Origin: Ramazzottius varieornatus
Lineage: Eukaryota; Animalia; Tardigrada
NCBI GenBank assembly: GCA_001949185.1
Contig: BDGG01000008.1
Span: 248,001 to 312,000, forward strand
Length of the DNA: 64,000 nucleotides
Reading direction: 5' to 3'
Made by a program: the position numbers and the translations under genes. This document shows, piece after piece, positions 46,410 to 58,955 of this stretch; the stretch's first letter is position 1; every line of letters begins with the position of its first letter. The notes beneath the pieces were generated by a model. That model was not told where the DNA came from. It made no database searches and was given only the letters and a program-made list of their open reading frames with translations.

Positions 46410-47660
46410 ATGAGCCACAACGATTCTGGAGACGTCGAAATCTCGGATACGGTCTACTTGCGATGCTCATGTTGTCAGGTACTTGTCGAGCATCTTTGCC
46501 ATGCGATGCCTAAACCGGAAGAGGTGCAGATAGTCACGAAGAGACGCAAAAACTTTCAGGTACGGTGACATCTGAATTCTGTTTAGTGGAACAGAGTTAC
46601 ATTATACAGAGCACAACCAGATCATTTCTCAGCTGATAGTAACTTTATTGCGTCCAGAAAATTACGGCTTCGGAAGCCACAAGCTCTGCTGGGAGCGATG
46701 AGCAGAATCAGCCGGAAAGTGATACTGAAGCTGAGCCGGACGAATTGCCGGCCAAACGTCGACGCAAAAGCAATCCTCGCTACGACTCGAACTTCGTTGA
46801 AGGTTCGCTCAGAGGATCTAGCAAGAAGCCGAAACCGACCACGCCACCTAAGGAAGCGTCTACAGAGGAAGATGATTGGGGTGTGGTGGAAGTGGAAATC
46901 AGTCAGGATGTGGACGCACGCAGTGAAGGTGTGCGTCTCTTTCTGTGCATGTAGATTTTTGAGTTTTGTAACGTGTGTTCTCGTTTCAGGCGGAATTTCA
47001 GGGGCTGAAACTTTGTTCATGATCAACGACGATGCTGATGATTTCGAGGACGAGGTGTCTGAAACAGCCACCTTCAAGAAGAAACAGACCAAAGACAAGA
47101 AAACAGCACAGAAGGGATTCAAGTCAGCTGCTGACTACCTTCTCGAGCTGTCGGATCCTCATTGCGTAGTGGCTGAGGATGGTGAGAATATCGAGTGCAC
47201 GGCTTGTGACCGATTGATTTCTCGCGTTCACTTCCCTGAGAAGCGTCATCGTATCGATAACTTGCGTTCTCACTGTCAGTCACAAAGTCACAAGGCCAAA
47301 GCCAAGTTAGTCAAGCCTCCGACTGGGAACAGTCGCAATGGGGAAAGCAAAGCCAAATCAGTATTTGAACGGAAGATATACCGTTACGACTCACCGTACT
47401 TCTGGAACCAGGCGAACGATATTTGCATTTGCTGTGGGGTGCGAGTTGGAACTAGAGACGAGTGGAAGATCCACTGCCATTCCGAAGGCCACAAAGACCG
47501 CTTCACTTCTCTCAAAGCTAGTCCGGCTTTTGCTACCTTTGCCAAGAAACAAGGTAGATCGTTGTCCAACGGGAAAGCGTCTGGGAAGAAGACAGACTCG
47601 TGGAAGCAGAAAAAGCGAACCTTCTTGAAACCCGGACGCGCGGGTAATTTTAAAAGTTGA
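46410..47660 (+). CDS. Uncharacterised protein with two U1/matrin-like C2H2 zinc fingers and a basic C-terminus
   Basis: Three-exon model; CTAC...HCQSQSH and CICC...HCHSEGH; acidic middle region and Lys-rich tail. Confidence 0.65.
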
Positions 47661-48695
47661 ATTTCTTTGTCGAATAACGAATATCTTATAGAAAAACATG
47701 AAGATCGGCTATATGATTGACGAATCTGTTTACAGTTGGCCGTGTGGCTTCGACAGTATCGCGAAGGAAGCAGTCCAAGCCTTCGAAGCGTGTTTAGCCG
47801 TGGAAATTCAGTGTTCACGATTGCGTTCTCGTTTTCAGTTTTCATCATTACAAGTAATCATGTAAAGTGACCAAGGAACGACTCCTGTGAAAGTGCAGCT
47901 CCGTGTAGAACCTGTAGAATGTACAGTGGATTAGGGGTTTTTTTCACTCTTTGCCTCCGCCCTCCTCGGCTACTGGCTCATTTTTGTGTTAGCTTTTGTG
48001 GAACTTCACGGCTTCGCTTGGCTTTCAACAACGCTGATGGTTTTTGGTAGTCTTTGACGGATTCTTGTCTAGTTTTTTCTTTCTGGCCTTATCGAATTTT
48101 GACGGTTTCGGGGGCCGGAAAACTAGGGTCCTTGTGTGGTGTTCTAGGGAATTCTCGATCACTTTGAAAGTGCGGGAACTACGGCAATCATTCCCTCACA
48201 TATCTGTAGCTTTCTTGTAGTACTGTAATCCAGATTTGGAATAAAGATATACTCTTCAAAGGTTCAGATTCTCGCGACTCACGAGAATAGTCTGCGAGAA
48301 ACAAAACCGCTCAAACAAAGCTCGAAAGCGAAGCTCCTCGGACGATGCTTTTCTGCTTCTTCAACAGTGGGACCGACGTATACGGAGAGTTGCGTCATCG
48401 TTCGGCGACGTCGCCTTGGGATTTTAAATCGTGTGAATTAAATATTATTAATATCGATCAGTGATTTCTCTGGTGATTTGTTCTTGCTGTCCTACTAAAA
48501 CAATCTTCCTCCAGGACTCCTGTCGTCTTCGGGATCGTTTCTTGCTTTGCGCTGGAGAAAGCGCTAGCGTATCTAGGGGAGAGCGCCGATCGTGTAGGTG
48601 TGTGGATCGTCTGGCTTGTGGGTTGATCTCGATGATCAGGGGGACTTTACCTATGTTGGAAATGTACTCGTGGAAGACGCTATGATCTCAGCAGT

Positions 48696-51600
48696 ATGAT
48701 ACAAGGACAGGAAAGTCTTGGCCGCAACATGTTTCTCTCTAAAGCTTTGGAGAAAATTCTGGAGGAGAAGGATGTTAGAAGATCGCAACATCTCCAGTTG
48801 AAGAAAGCCTGTGAATCCGCGCTCGGTAAGGCTCCTGGCTTCATCTATGCAAACAAATCGTTAATTGCCTCGTTTAGCCCATCATCACCGTGGAATATAA
48901 TTACAGAAGAAATCAGGAATGACTCGAAGAATCTGTCGTAAGTTGGAACATCTTCGTATATAAACATACCGTAATTTGATGAGTATCGCAGTGAATGAAG
49001 GCGTATACGTAATGTGCGTTGTTCACAGGGATCAAACCATCCGTGGCTCCTCGTCCACCTTACCTCTCCCGAAATCCATGTCGTCGTTTGGTGGATCGGA
49101 GAGATACTTTCTACCATTCGAACTGGCTCTACAGTCCAAGCAGCCCCGGTTCGCGATTTTGGCCTTGGATTGTTTGCAGGTACAGAGAAGCGTTTCACGA
49201 AGCTATCATTACACTGCTTACGTAGGAAGAGACCTCGATGTAACGCGTTTAATCTCGTCTTTGACTAACATACAGAAACTTATCGCATACGGACACTTCT
49301 CGGGAAATAAGGTGGACGCTACCAACTCCTCTCGGAAGCTAATTGATCGTTTAGTGGAGGTGGTGTGCGAATGTTTGAACAATGGGCGAGCCGAGGACTC
49401 TGTTCAGCTTCAGATTATCAAGGTATGCTTGTTAACTGGTACCACCTGGTGCTACGACGAGAGTTTCCCTTGTACTGTGCTGAATTCCTTGTAGCTTCTA
49501 TTAACGATAATCGCGTCGCACAATGTGGAAGTCCATGGAGAAAGTCTTCTTCTCATCATCCGGACCTGCTTCAACATTCATCTGTTCAGTCGAGAGAAGG
49601 TGACACAGGAGACCGCCAGTGGCAGCCTGGTCCAGATGATTAGCCGTATCCTGGCACGTATGGAAGAGCAGCCGGAAGTTCCTCGCACAGAAGCACTTCG
49701 AGCACGAAGTGTGAGCCAGCTTGACAGTCAACGAGGAACCATCGATGAGAACCACATCAACCACTCCTCCTCAGCAGTACATCTGAACGGTAACTCGGAC
49801 GCAATCCATCCCGTCAACCCGGAAGTGGCTGAGTTACTGGAAGCCATGATCACCGCTGTGTCGAACGGTACAGAAAGACGGAGGTAAATCTTTCCCTTCA
49901 CAATCATTCATCTTTGTTTATCTGTCTTTGCAGAAGTGGATGGTCCATCGGTGGACGACCAGCGCTCCCTTACGTCGGTTCCCGCTTCGCCGGTAGTCCG
50001 CCATAGGGAAGGTTCGGTGGACTCGGTCAGTCTTCGAAGCAGTGGAAGCAACGAAGAAGCCGCCGCAGAAGATAACTCTACGAACAAGAAGCATTGTACC
50101 ATATTGGAGAAGGACGCTTACAACGTCTTCCGATCGTTATGCAAGCTCAGTATGAAGCCTTGCAAAGAGCCACCGGATGTCAGGTACTTTGTGTATCTCT
50201 CATTGCTTTTGTAAATGCACCTGATTGATATTGTGTGATGTTCAGGGCTTTGGACTACAGAAGCAAAACGTTGTCGTTGAAGCTGATCCATTCCATGTTA
50301 CAAAACGCCGGTCCGGTCTTTCGTTCCCACCCAATGTTCATCGATGCGATCAAAAAGTACCTCTGTGTATCTTTGTCGAAGAACGGAGTTTCTTCGGCGC
50401 CAGAAGTGTTCCGGCTGTCCTTGTCCATCTTTGTGGAACTGCTAGCTAAGTTCAAGTTGCACCTTAAGATGCAGATCGAGGTGTTCTTCCGAGATATCTT
50501 CCTCAACATTCTGGAATCACCTTCGACCTCGTTCGCTAACAAGTGGACACTTGTGGAAGCACTGACAAAGATATGCTCTGGTGAGGATCTGTCATTCACA
50601 ACTCGACTTCCGGTTCCATGTTTCCGTAACATGTCAAAATTTAGATACTAGTGGTTTATCAACCGCGTGTTTCTTATCGCAGATGCGCAGTGTGTGGTGG
50701 ATTTGTACGTCAACTACGACTGTGATATGACGGCAGCTAATTTGTTCGCGAGGATTGTGGGCGATCTCACAAAAATTGCACAGGTAAGGATGACACTTCC
50801 GGTATGCAGTCCTGGAGCTCGATGATGAGTTGCTTGAAATTACAATGATTTTGTGGATAGGGTGTGGTGCTGATCGATCCAGCTGTAAGTCCGCAACAAG
50901 CCCAACGAATGCGTATCAAAGGTTATCAGTGCGTTGTGTCCGTACTGAACTGCATGGTTGAATGGAGCCGGGACCTTTACGTGAATACGCATTCCACAGT
51001 CAAGAATGGTAATGTTTTCCTTGAATTATACCTAGCAGTATTAAAGATATCTTAAACACAATGGTACTTTGTATCTAGAGCTTGATGGATCGAGCGTAGG
51101 AGAAGAGCCATCGACTGGGCCGCCGATGTCGAGGAATTCCAGCAGTCCTTCTTTCGATGTACCAAAGAAAGCGGTATCGACTCTGGACTCGCCGACACAC
51201 CTAGAAGAACGCAAGCTGCAGAAGGAAATCATCGAGCAAGGCATCGACATCTTCAACAAGAAGCCGAAGAAGGGTCTTCAGTTCTTGCACGAGCAGGGAC
51301 TTGTGGGCGCGACCCCATGGGAAACTGCCATGTTCCTGATGCAGGAAGAACGCTTGGACAAGACACAGATGGGAGACTTCCTCAGCGAGAATGACCCGTA
51401 AGGAAACACCTCTCATCTCTGTTTCTATTACTGTATTCTGATGCGGCTGAGTTCTTCCAGATATGCTCGTGATATCATGCATGCTTACGTGGATCAGATG
51501 GATTTCTCCGGACGTGATATTGTACATGCTCTGAGAACCTTTCTAGATGGCTTTCGTTTGCCGGGCGAAGCTCAGAAAATAGATAGGCTGATGGAAAAGT

Positions 51601-54600
51601 TCGCGAGTCGATATTGCGAGAATAATCCGCAGTACGTCTTTTCTGTTTCCGCTGTCGAATAATTTTACTAGAATCTACCACGCTTGTGCTTTCTGTTTGG
51701 TAGTCTGGGTATCTTCGCTAGCGCAGATACAGCTTACGTACTAGCCTACTCCATCATCATGCTGACAACGGATCTACACAGTCCTCAAGTTAAGACCAAG
51801 ATGACTCGCGAACAGTACATCAAGATGAACCGCGGTATCAACGACCAGAAGGATCTTCCCGAAGACTACCTTACAAAAATCTACAACGAAATTTCCGAAC
51901 ACGAAATCAAGATGAAGACTGCACCTCCGCCAAAGCTCAAGAACCAACAGAACAGCGCGATCAACCCCAAACAACGAAAACACATTTACAACATGGAAAT
52001 GGTCCAAGTCGCTCAAGCCGCAAAGGTGAGCAAAACAATCTCGATTTGGCTGTTCAAGCGTTTTGAGAAATGAAAGTATCATTGGACTTGACGATACTCG
52101 TGGAGAAAAATAAAAAAAGGAATAAGTAATTACAAAAAAGTTTGATATTTCATTATTTTAGACGGACTTTTTTTCAAGGTGATGATGGAGAATGTCAGTC
52201 ATGTCCAAGCGTCTTTCACTTCCGCTCGACATTCGGAGCATGTTCGACCAATGTTCAAGATATGTTGGACGCCGTTCTTGGCGGCCTTCAGTCTGGGTCT
52301 TCAGGACTCTGATGATCCTGAAATCAACCAGTTCTGTCTGGAAGGCTTCCGTTATGCCATCCGCATCGCCTGTGTGTTCCACATGGCCATGGAGCGAGAC
52401 GCCTATGTTCAAGCGCTGTCCAGGTTCACACTACTGACAGCCAACTCGCCATTGTCGGACATGAAGGCCAAGAACGTGGACACCATCCGAACGTTGGTCA
52501 TGGTGGCGCAGACTGACGGGAACTACCTGGAACACTGTTGGCTTGAGGTACTGTAATGTACTATTCATCTTCTCCATTTCTTGTATCATCTTATTTGGGA
52601 ATATTTTTCGCAGATTTTGAAATGTATTAGTCAATTGGAACTTGCTCAGCTCATTGGCAGCAGCGGAAAATCAAAGTTTGGAGGATCACAAATGATGCTC
52701 AGGGGAAAATCGTCCATGAATGTGGTATCCGACAGTTTCACAATCTTCGATCACGAAAGTATGGGAAGTGATGGCCTTAATTATCTATTTTGGCTTGTTA
52801 ATGGAGCAATAATGGCGGAAGTCTTGTGTCTGACGTACGATCTGACATTGCAGTATGGAAAGGAAAGCTGGACCAGCAAAGGCTCGTCTCACTTCAAGAG
52901 TCTATCGAAGAAGCCCGGAGTCAGAGCATGGTAGTAGCCGTGGACAGGATATTCACAACATCCATAGCGTTGGACGGCGATGCGATAGGTAAGATCTTTT
53001 CCCATGTAAAGTTCATCCCAAGCGGAAATGTCAAAGAAAGCACGTGGTTCTAATCGTGATTTTGGCATTCATATTGCAGTACACTTCGTAAGCGCTTTGT
53101 GCCATGTCTCGATGGAAGAACTGCACTCGGCACATCCTCGGATGTTCTCCCTACAAAAGATCGTCGACGTGTCGTACTACAACATGGACCGCATTCGGCT
53201 TCAGTGGTCGCGTATATGGCAGGTCTTGGGAGAACACTTTAACCAAGTATGAGGAATGCTCTGGCTGATTGCCGTACGTGTCAATAGAGTCAGGATGTCT
53301 TTCTTTGTCAGGTAGGGTGTAAATTCAGCGAAGAAATCGCCTGTTTCGCCATCGACTCGCTACGACAGCTGTCCATGAAGTTCTTGGAGAAAGGAGAGTT
53401 TGCTCACTTCCGCTTCCAGAAAGACTTTCTGCGTCCCTTCGAGTATATCATGAAGACCAACCGCTCGCCGGTCATTCGCGATATGATCATCCACTGCGTC
53501 ACACAGATGGTCAGTTCCAAACCCGGTAACATCAAGTCGGGCTGGAAGAATATCTTCAGTGTCCTCCACCATGCAGCGGCTGACAACGACGCCGACCTCG
53601 TCGACCTCGCTTTCAGCACTACCAGCAAGATAATAAGTCAGTACATAACTCAAACCAACGACAAATTCAAACCACCCCAGTCAGATTCTTTTTCTGTGTT
53701 ACAGCGCAATATTTCAACCTGTACTTCACAAACATCGTCGAGTCTTTCCAAGACAGCGTCAAGTGCCTTGCTGAGTTTGCCTGTAACGTGAATTTTCCTG
53801 ATATCAGCATGGAAGCCATTCGGCTCGTTCGAGTCTGTGCCCGGTACGTGGACGAAAGGCCGCAGGTTTTCAGGGAGCACGCGCTGGATTTCGAAGAACA
53901 CAGCGACAAGGACGAGCGAGTCTGGGTGAAGGGATGGTTTCCGATCCTGTTAGGACTGTCCGTTGTTGTCAGTCGATGCAAGCTTGACGTCCGTACAAGG
54001 TAACAAACTGAAAACTAGATGCGAGCTCGGTTTCGATCGTGTTACCAAGCGGCGCACTTCTCAGTAATTTTCGCTGGTAGCGTGCGCCACCTGGTAAAAT
54101 GTGGTCGAGTTTGCTTGCGGAGCGCCGAAATAAAACTGGTGGAAGGGTGATGATCGTATATTGTTTAACAGGGCGTTGACGGTGCTGTTCGAAATCATCA
54201 AGACGTTCGGCCATTCTTTCCATCCAGAATGGTGGAAAGACCTCTTTCAAGTCCTCTTTCGTCTGTTTGACGATCTCAAGTTACCACAGAACCATATGGA
54301 GAAGGCCGAATGGATGACCACCACTTGCAGCCACGCACTGTTCTCCATCGTCGATGTCATGACACAGTACTTTGACATTCTTGGACCGTTCCTGCTGGAT
54401 GACGTATACAGCCAGCTCAGGTGGTGCATAACACAAGGTAGAGTACACTCATTCCAGATCAGCACTCGGTACTGATTCCGACGTGCGTGTTCTTTGCGCA
54501 GATAACGAACAGCTTGCTCGGTCTGGAACGAACTGCCTCGAGAACCTCGTTCTAACCAGCGGACACAAGTTCGACACGGAAGTGTGGAAGAAGACCTGTA

Positions 54601-56110
54601 CGACGTTAGGCACAGCTCTCAGGAACACCTTACCGACTGAGCTTATGGATTTCGTTCCTAGAGATCCCGTAGCGGCTCATAGCTCTGATGTAAGTGAAAT
54701 CATCTCGTCGATTCGACGTTCTTTTCCCGCGTCGTAAGCGAAAGTTTTTACTGATCCGTACATGATTTGTTTTCGGCAGGATGCTCAGCTGGATGGATTC
54801 TCTCAACAGTTGATGGACCATCAAGAAAACCACCGCATTGATCACGAAGAAATTCGAAGAACCAAAAGGAGACAATCGCACCCAAGTAAGCACGAAAAGC
54901 TTATAGTTTTCGAACTTAATTGGAACGTCGGCAAACGAAACACACAGGATCGCCAGGTCAAGTGGCGCACTTTTTCACTGTTATTGGCTGATTGTGTGCT
55001 CCACTGAGAAATAACGATCTCGCACGTTCGGTTTGTGGGCCTCCCAATCTATGGCACGCAAAACCTTCATGTGGTGAAATTTTTAATGTCATCGGTTACG
55101 TTACAAAGAAGGATTTTCCAGGGCTCTCTCAGCAAGACAATCCTGTATTGGCGAGGGCAGTTGTTAAGTGCACTGTCCAGCTGGAGCTGATCCAGGCCGC
55201 CGAGAATATAGTCTTCTTCCCTGCCACCTGCAGGAAAGAAGACGTCGAGCTCCAGGCCATAGCCGAGTCGGGCCGACCCGTCTTGCCCTCCGTACCTGTA
55301 ACTGTGCGCGATACGGATTCTCCCGTACCAACTGGAATGTACCCCAACATGTCCAGTGAGCAGCTCTTCGAACTGGTCGCGTCCTTGTTAGATATCCACA
55401 ACTTTTGCAAGTCGTTCAACATTACGGAAGACACTCGAGCGCGCACATCGGAAACAGGTACAGTATCCCTCTCTGTTTCACCACGCTACTTGTTAGGTCT
55501 CTGACCCTCTAACTTTTTGCTCTAGCCGTCACAAATCCTTCAAAGATGAATGAGCCCGTTCTGCTTAAACAAGAGATTCATAGCTTCTCTTGCGCTCTGC
55601 GGATACTTTTTCGAATGTATGACGACTCTTCTAGAAAGGACGCATGCTCCACATCGGAAGAAATGCTCTTAAGGTTGGTGCGCGGTTCTACTTGGAATGT
55701 TTTGTCGATTTCTTCCTTTAAGTTCGATTGGTTGTGTTCGCAGTCTTAACCGTGACGCGATTGGATACGCTTGTAGCCTGCCGTCCGAGCTGTACAGAGG
55801 TGCCTGGAAGTCAGTGTTAATACTGATCCTTCTTAAAATCATACGGTTGGATGACGAACGGGTAAGCATGTCACACGTGGATCTTCTGGAATTTCAAGAC
55901 TCCCTAGTGAATACCATACTGTACTAAGTACGCACTCCTTATAATGCTGTTTGTTGCATGTTGCAGTTCCGTCGGCATGCCGCTGTCCTGTACCACAACG
56001 TTTGCCTATTACTAACCATCACGCAACAAACGGAAGTCAAGAACTTGATGAGATGGTTCTTTGCTAGATGCGGTGAGACATTCCAGATAATTTCTCCACA
56101 GCATGCCTAG
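48696..56110 (+). CDS. ARFGEF1: Brefeldin A-inhibited Arf GEF (BIG1/BIG2, Sec71)
   Basis: [11 protein letters not shown]; [24 protein letters not shown]; [38 protein letters not shown]; Sec7 [44 protein letters not shown]; HDS domains [30 protein letters not shown]. Confidence 0.96.
54045..54094. repeat. Motif family B copy in an ARFGEF intron
   Basis: CCAAGCGGCGCAC-N24-GTGCGCCACCTGG followed by GGTCGAGTTTGCTTGC. Confidence 0.8.
54958..55008. repeat. Motif family B copy in an ARFGEF intron
   Basis: TCGGCAAAC flank; TCAAGTGGCGCAC-N25-GTGCTCCACTGAG. Confidence 0.75.
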
Positions 56111-57016
56111 AGCTGCTTTCCACCTTATATGTACATCCGTCTTTTGTTCTTCGGTTTTAACTTATTTTCCCCCGTGCTGGATTGTGATACAGCGGAGAGC
56201 TTTTCGTTGTTTACAAGCGTTTTTATACATGAACTGTGTTAGCACTTATCGTTTGGAAAATGAAAACGAACGTGGGCATGTCTGCTAGTGCTTCCAGCCT
56301 CGTTCTTCTGTTTCGTAAACGTCTTTCTTGATGTAAGACTGTTTTCTAAGCCTCACAGTGGGAATTTCACAGCCAGCGCGAGTAGGCCTGTCCTTTTGCG
56401 GTATCTGGGGGTAATACGCTACTACCTCTTTTGACGCCTCGCCGCGTTTCTAATCATCGCTATTGCCGGTAAATTCCGTGGGTTGCAAAAAGCAGAAAGA
56501 GCGTGGAAGTGATTCAGCACGATAAAAGAAAACCCGCGGACGGTTCCGACCCATAGCCGAGATTAGTCTGTTTCATTCCCATACCGGTCATGGTGGAGTT
56601 CTTTGCAAGAGCCTGCTTCCAAGAGTCTGCTCGAGCCCCACCCTACGGCTGTGGCTGCAAACACTCCTGTTTTGCGGCTTCGTGGAAATTCCAGTAATTA
56701 CCCAACACGCCACCCTGCTGTTTTCAGGAAATGATTTCTAGGGTCTGACTAAAGTTTCCTACAGGCTATCTTTACTGGATGAATGCTGACTACCGAGAAG
56801 GATTCAAAAGACTGCTGGCTCGGCTATTTCCCCGATGCAGCTTCAACTAAAACGAGTGGCTCCTCTAGCACCATCGGCAACCGGATGGCGCCGTGGGCAT
56901 CAAGAATAAGAACGTGTCACTTTGGGAATAAAAATAGCGATGCAAAATTCCAAGAAATAAAATTATCAAAACTCTAAACGGTAAGATTCAAGTTTGAAGG
57001 CGAGTACGACCTATAC

Positions 57017-58298
57017 CTAGTTCGTCTTTTTTTTGAGTTTCTCTCCTGAGATATGTCCAATATTTTCAGCGGGTATCTTTTCTTTCAGTCGATTGAATTC
57101 TTTGTACTGCGCATCTGTGCCGAACAGACGATCCCACCACACGAACGTTGACGCGTAGTTCCCGGTGAAGTTCTGGTGATGAAAATCGTGATAACGTGCA
57201 CCTGGAAAAAAAGACTTCCACGACTGACAGAGCGTTCGGAGAAACACTGCGTAGCAGTTTACGTTGTTTATAATTAGGAGCTGAAAATATTTCCGATATT
57301 TCTCGAATTGAAAAAAAGGAACTAGTCTCACCTGCGTATCCCGGGATTAGATGGAATGGATTAACCCACGGAATATCATATCCACTGTGAACATCAATGG
57401 TTTCTAACAGACGCATCAGCACCCACAGCCACAACAAAACGACATGGGTACAAAAAGTCATAATCCCGATGAAGAAACCCATCCCGAGGATTAAAGTCTC
57501 TGCGGGATGGGCGTATTCAGCCACCATCCCAAAAGGCGCCTAGAAAAACATATCACTCATATTCATTTGCAGATTCGTTAGTCGAACGCATTTATCGAGA
57601 ACATATCAACAGAAGGCAACGTACTTGATAATTATGATGAATTTTGTGAATGTATTTGTAGATTCTCTTGTCGTGAAGAGCCCGATGGAGGAAGTAGTGC
57701 CAGGTGTCTTCGATGAAAGCGCAGCCTATTATCTGGCCGGCCAGCACGTACCACCGAGGCATAGAGTCCCAGTCGTACGGTATGTTGAAGAACTCCGTGA
57801 AGTGGTATGTCCCAAATATGAGGGGAAACTGCAAAAGGAAATCCATCTTGTTATACAGTATAGCAAACATGGCTTTCTATGTTAAGAGTACCTGGATGAT
57901 GAAGTGGCTGAACATGAGCTTCTTGAAGCATTTCCACTGTTTCTCAAACGTCTCTGGTTTCTGCGGTTGGATCTTGAAGCGTTTCATGAAGGGGATAAAC
58001 TGGAAGAGGAAGGCCGGCAAACAGGCTCCAAAGTACACTATCTGCAAGAGAAACGTACAATAATCATATGCATGAGAGCGAGTGAAGCCGTATAATTACA
58101 GTATTAGGGAAGCAGCGCTACCTCATGAACGAGTAAAGATCCGAATGTGGCGATTTGAAACTTGCTGTAGCGGCTCAGCATATAGTTCCAGGTGTCCCTA
58201 TACGGGCTTTGAAAGGGATTCTCAGGTAGATAGCTGGAGAAGAACTCGAAGATGTCCGAAGAGTAAGGCATTGATGTGTTGTTTGCCATGATGTCCAT
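57017..58298 (-). CDS. MSMO1: Methylsterol monooxygenase 1 (sterol C4-methyl oxidase, ERG25)
   Basis: [27 protein letters not shown], His boxes [13 protein letters not shown] / IHKIHH / [31 protein letters not shown]-terminal KKTN ER-retrieval signal. Confidence 0.95.
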
Positions 58299-58955
58299 CT
58301 TCCTGTATCCGCGGTTTGCCCAGATTAGGTCGTCGGCGAGTAGCAGTCCGGTGGTTCACTCCAGCACTTCCTGTCCTATCCGTATCGATGACGAACCAGA
58401 GGTACAGGAGTACTAGAAGGACTGAAACACAGAACGAAAAGGACATATGCTAAGAACGGCTAGTTCAGCCTAGTTGGCCGGAAACGAACAGCTGATCGAC
58501 AAAACGGAGTTTGACCCTCATGGGCGGGTCTACCATCCAACTTACCATCGGCAGACCCCACCGAGGTTGGTTCCTAGTCAAACTTTTGCTCGAAGTCCAG
58601 ATTAAATCTGGGTGTCCAAAACACCAGAACATTCCGGAAAGCACGATGGTATTATCTTAATTTTGTAAAAGAAAAGCATCCTCGGATCCAGAGGTTAAAG
58701 TCACGAATAAAGCGAAAGGCAGATTAAGAAGCGGAAGCCGTGTTCTTGAACCGCACCGACCCGAAGTATCACCACGGTAGAACCATCAAGTTGGTAAATA
58801 AAGGTAAACAAATAACTGAAATAAGGACAGTCGCTGCAGCAATCCGAAGTTCTCACTTCTGGTCAATTCTCAGCTGCTTCCAGTTTATCTTTCTCTGACG
58901 CCGCTCTGTCAGCGTCGGACAATGTCATAGGGATGAGCAGGAGAAGGAACCCGGG

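Noticed and set aside
23338-55008. Apparent chromosomal polarity of family B (left arm better conserved)
   Set aside because: Probably ascertainment bias from spotting the left arm by eye; spacer similarity shows copies in both orientations.
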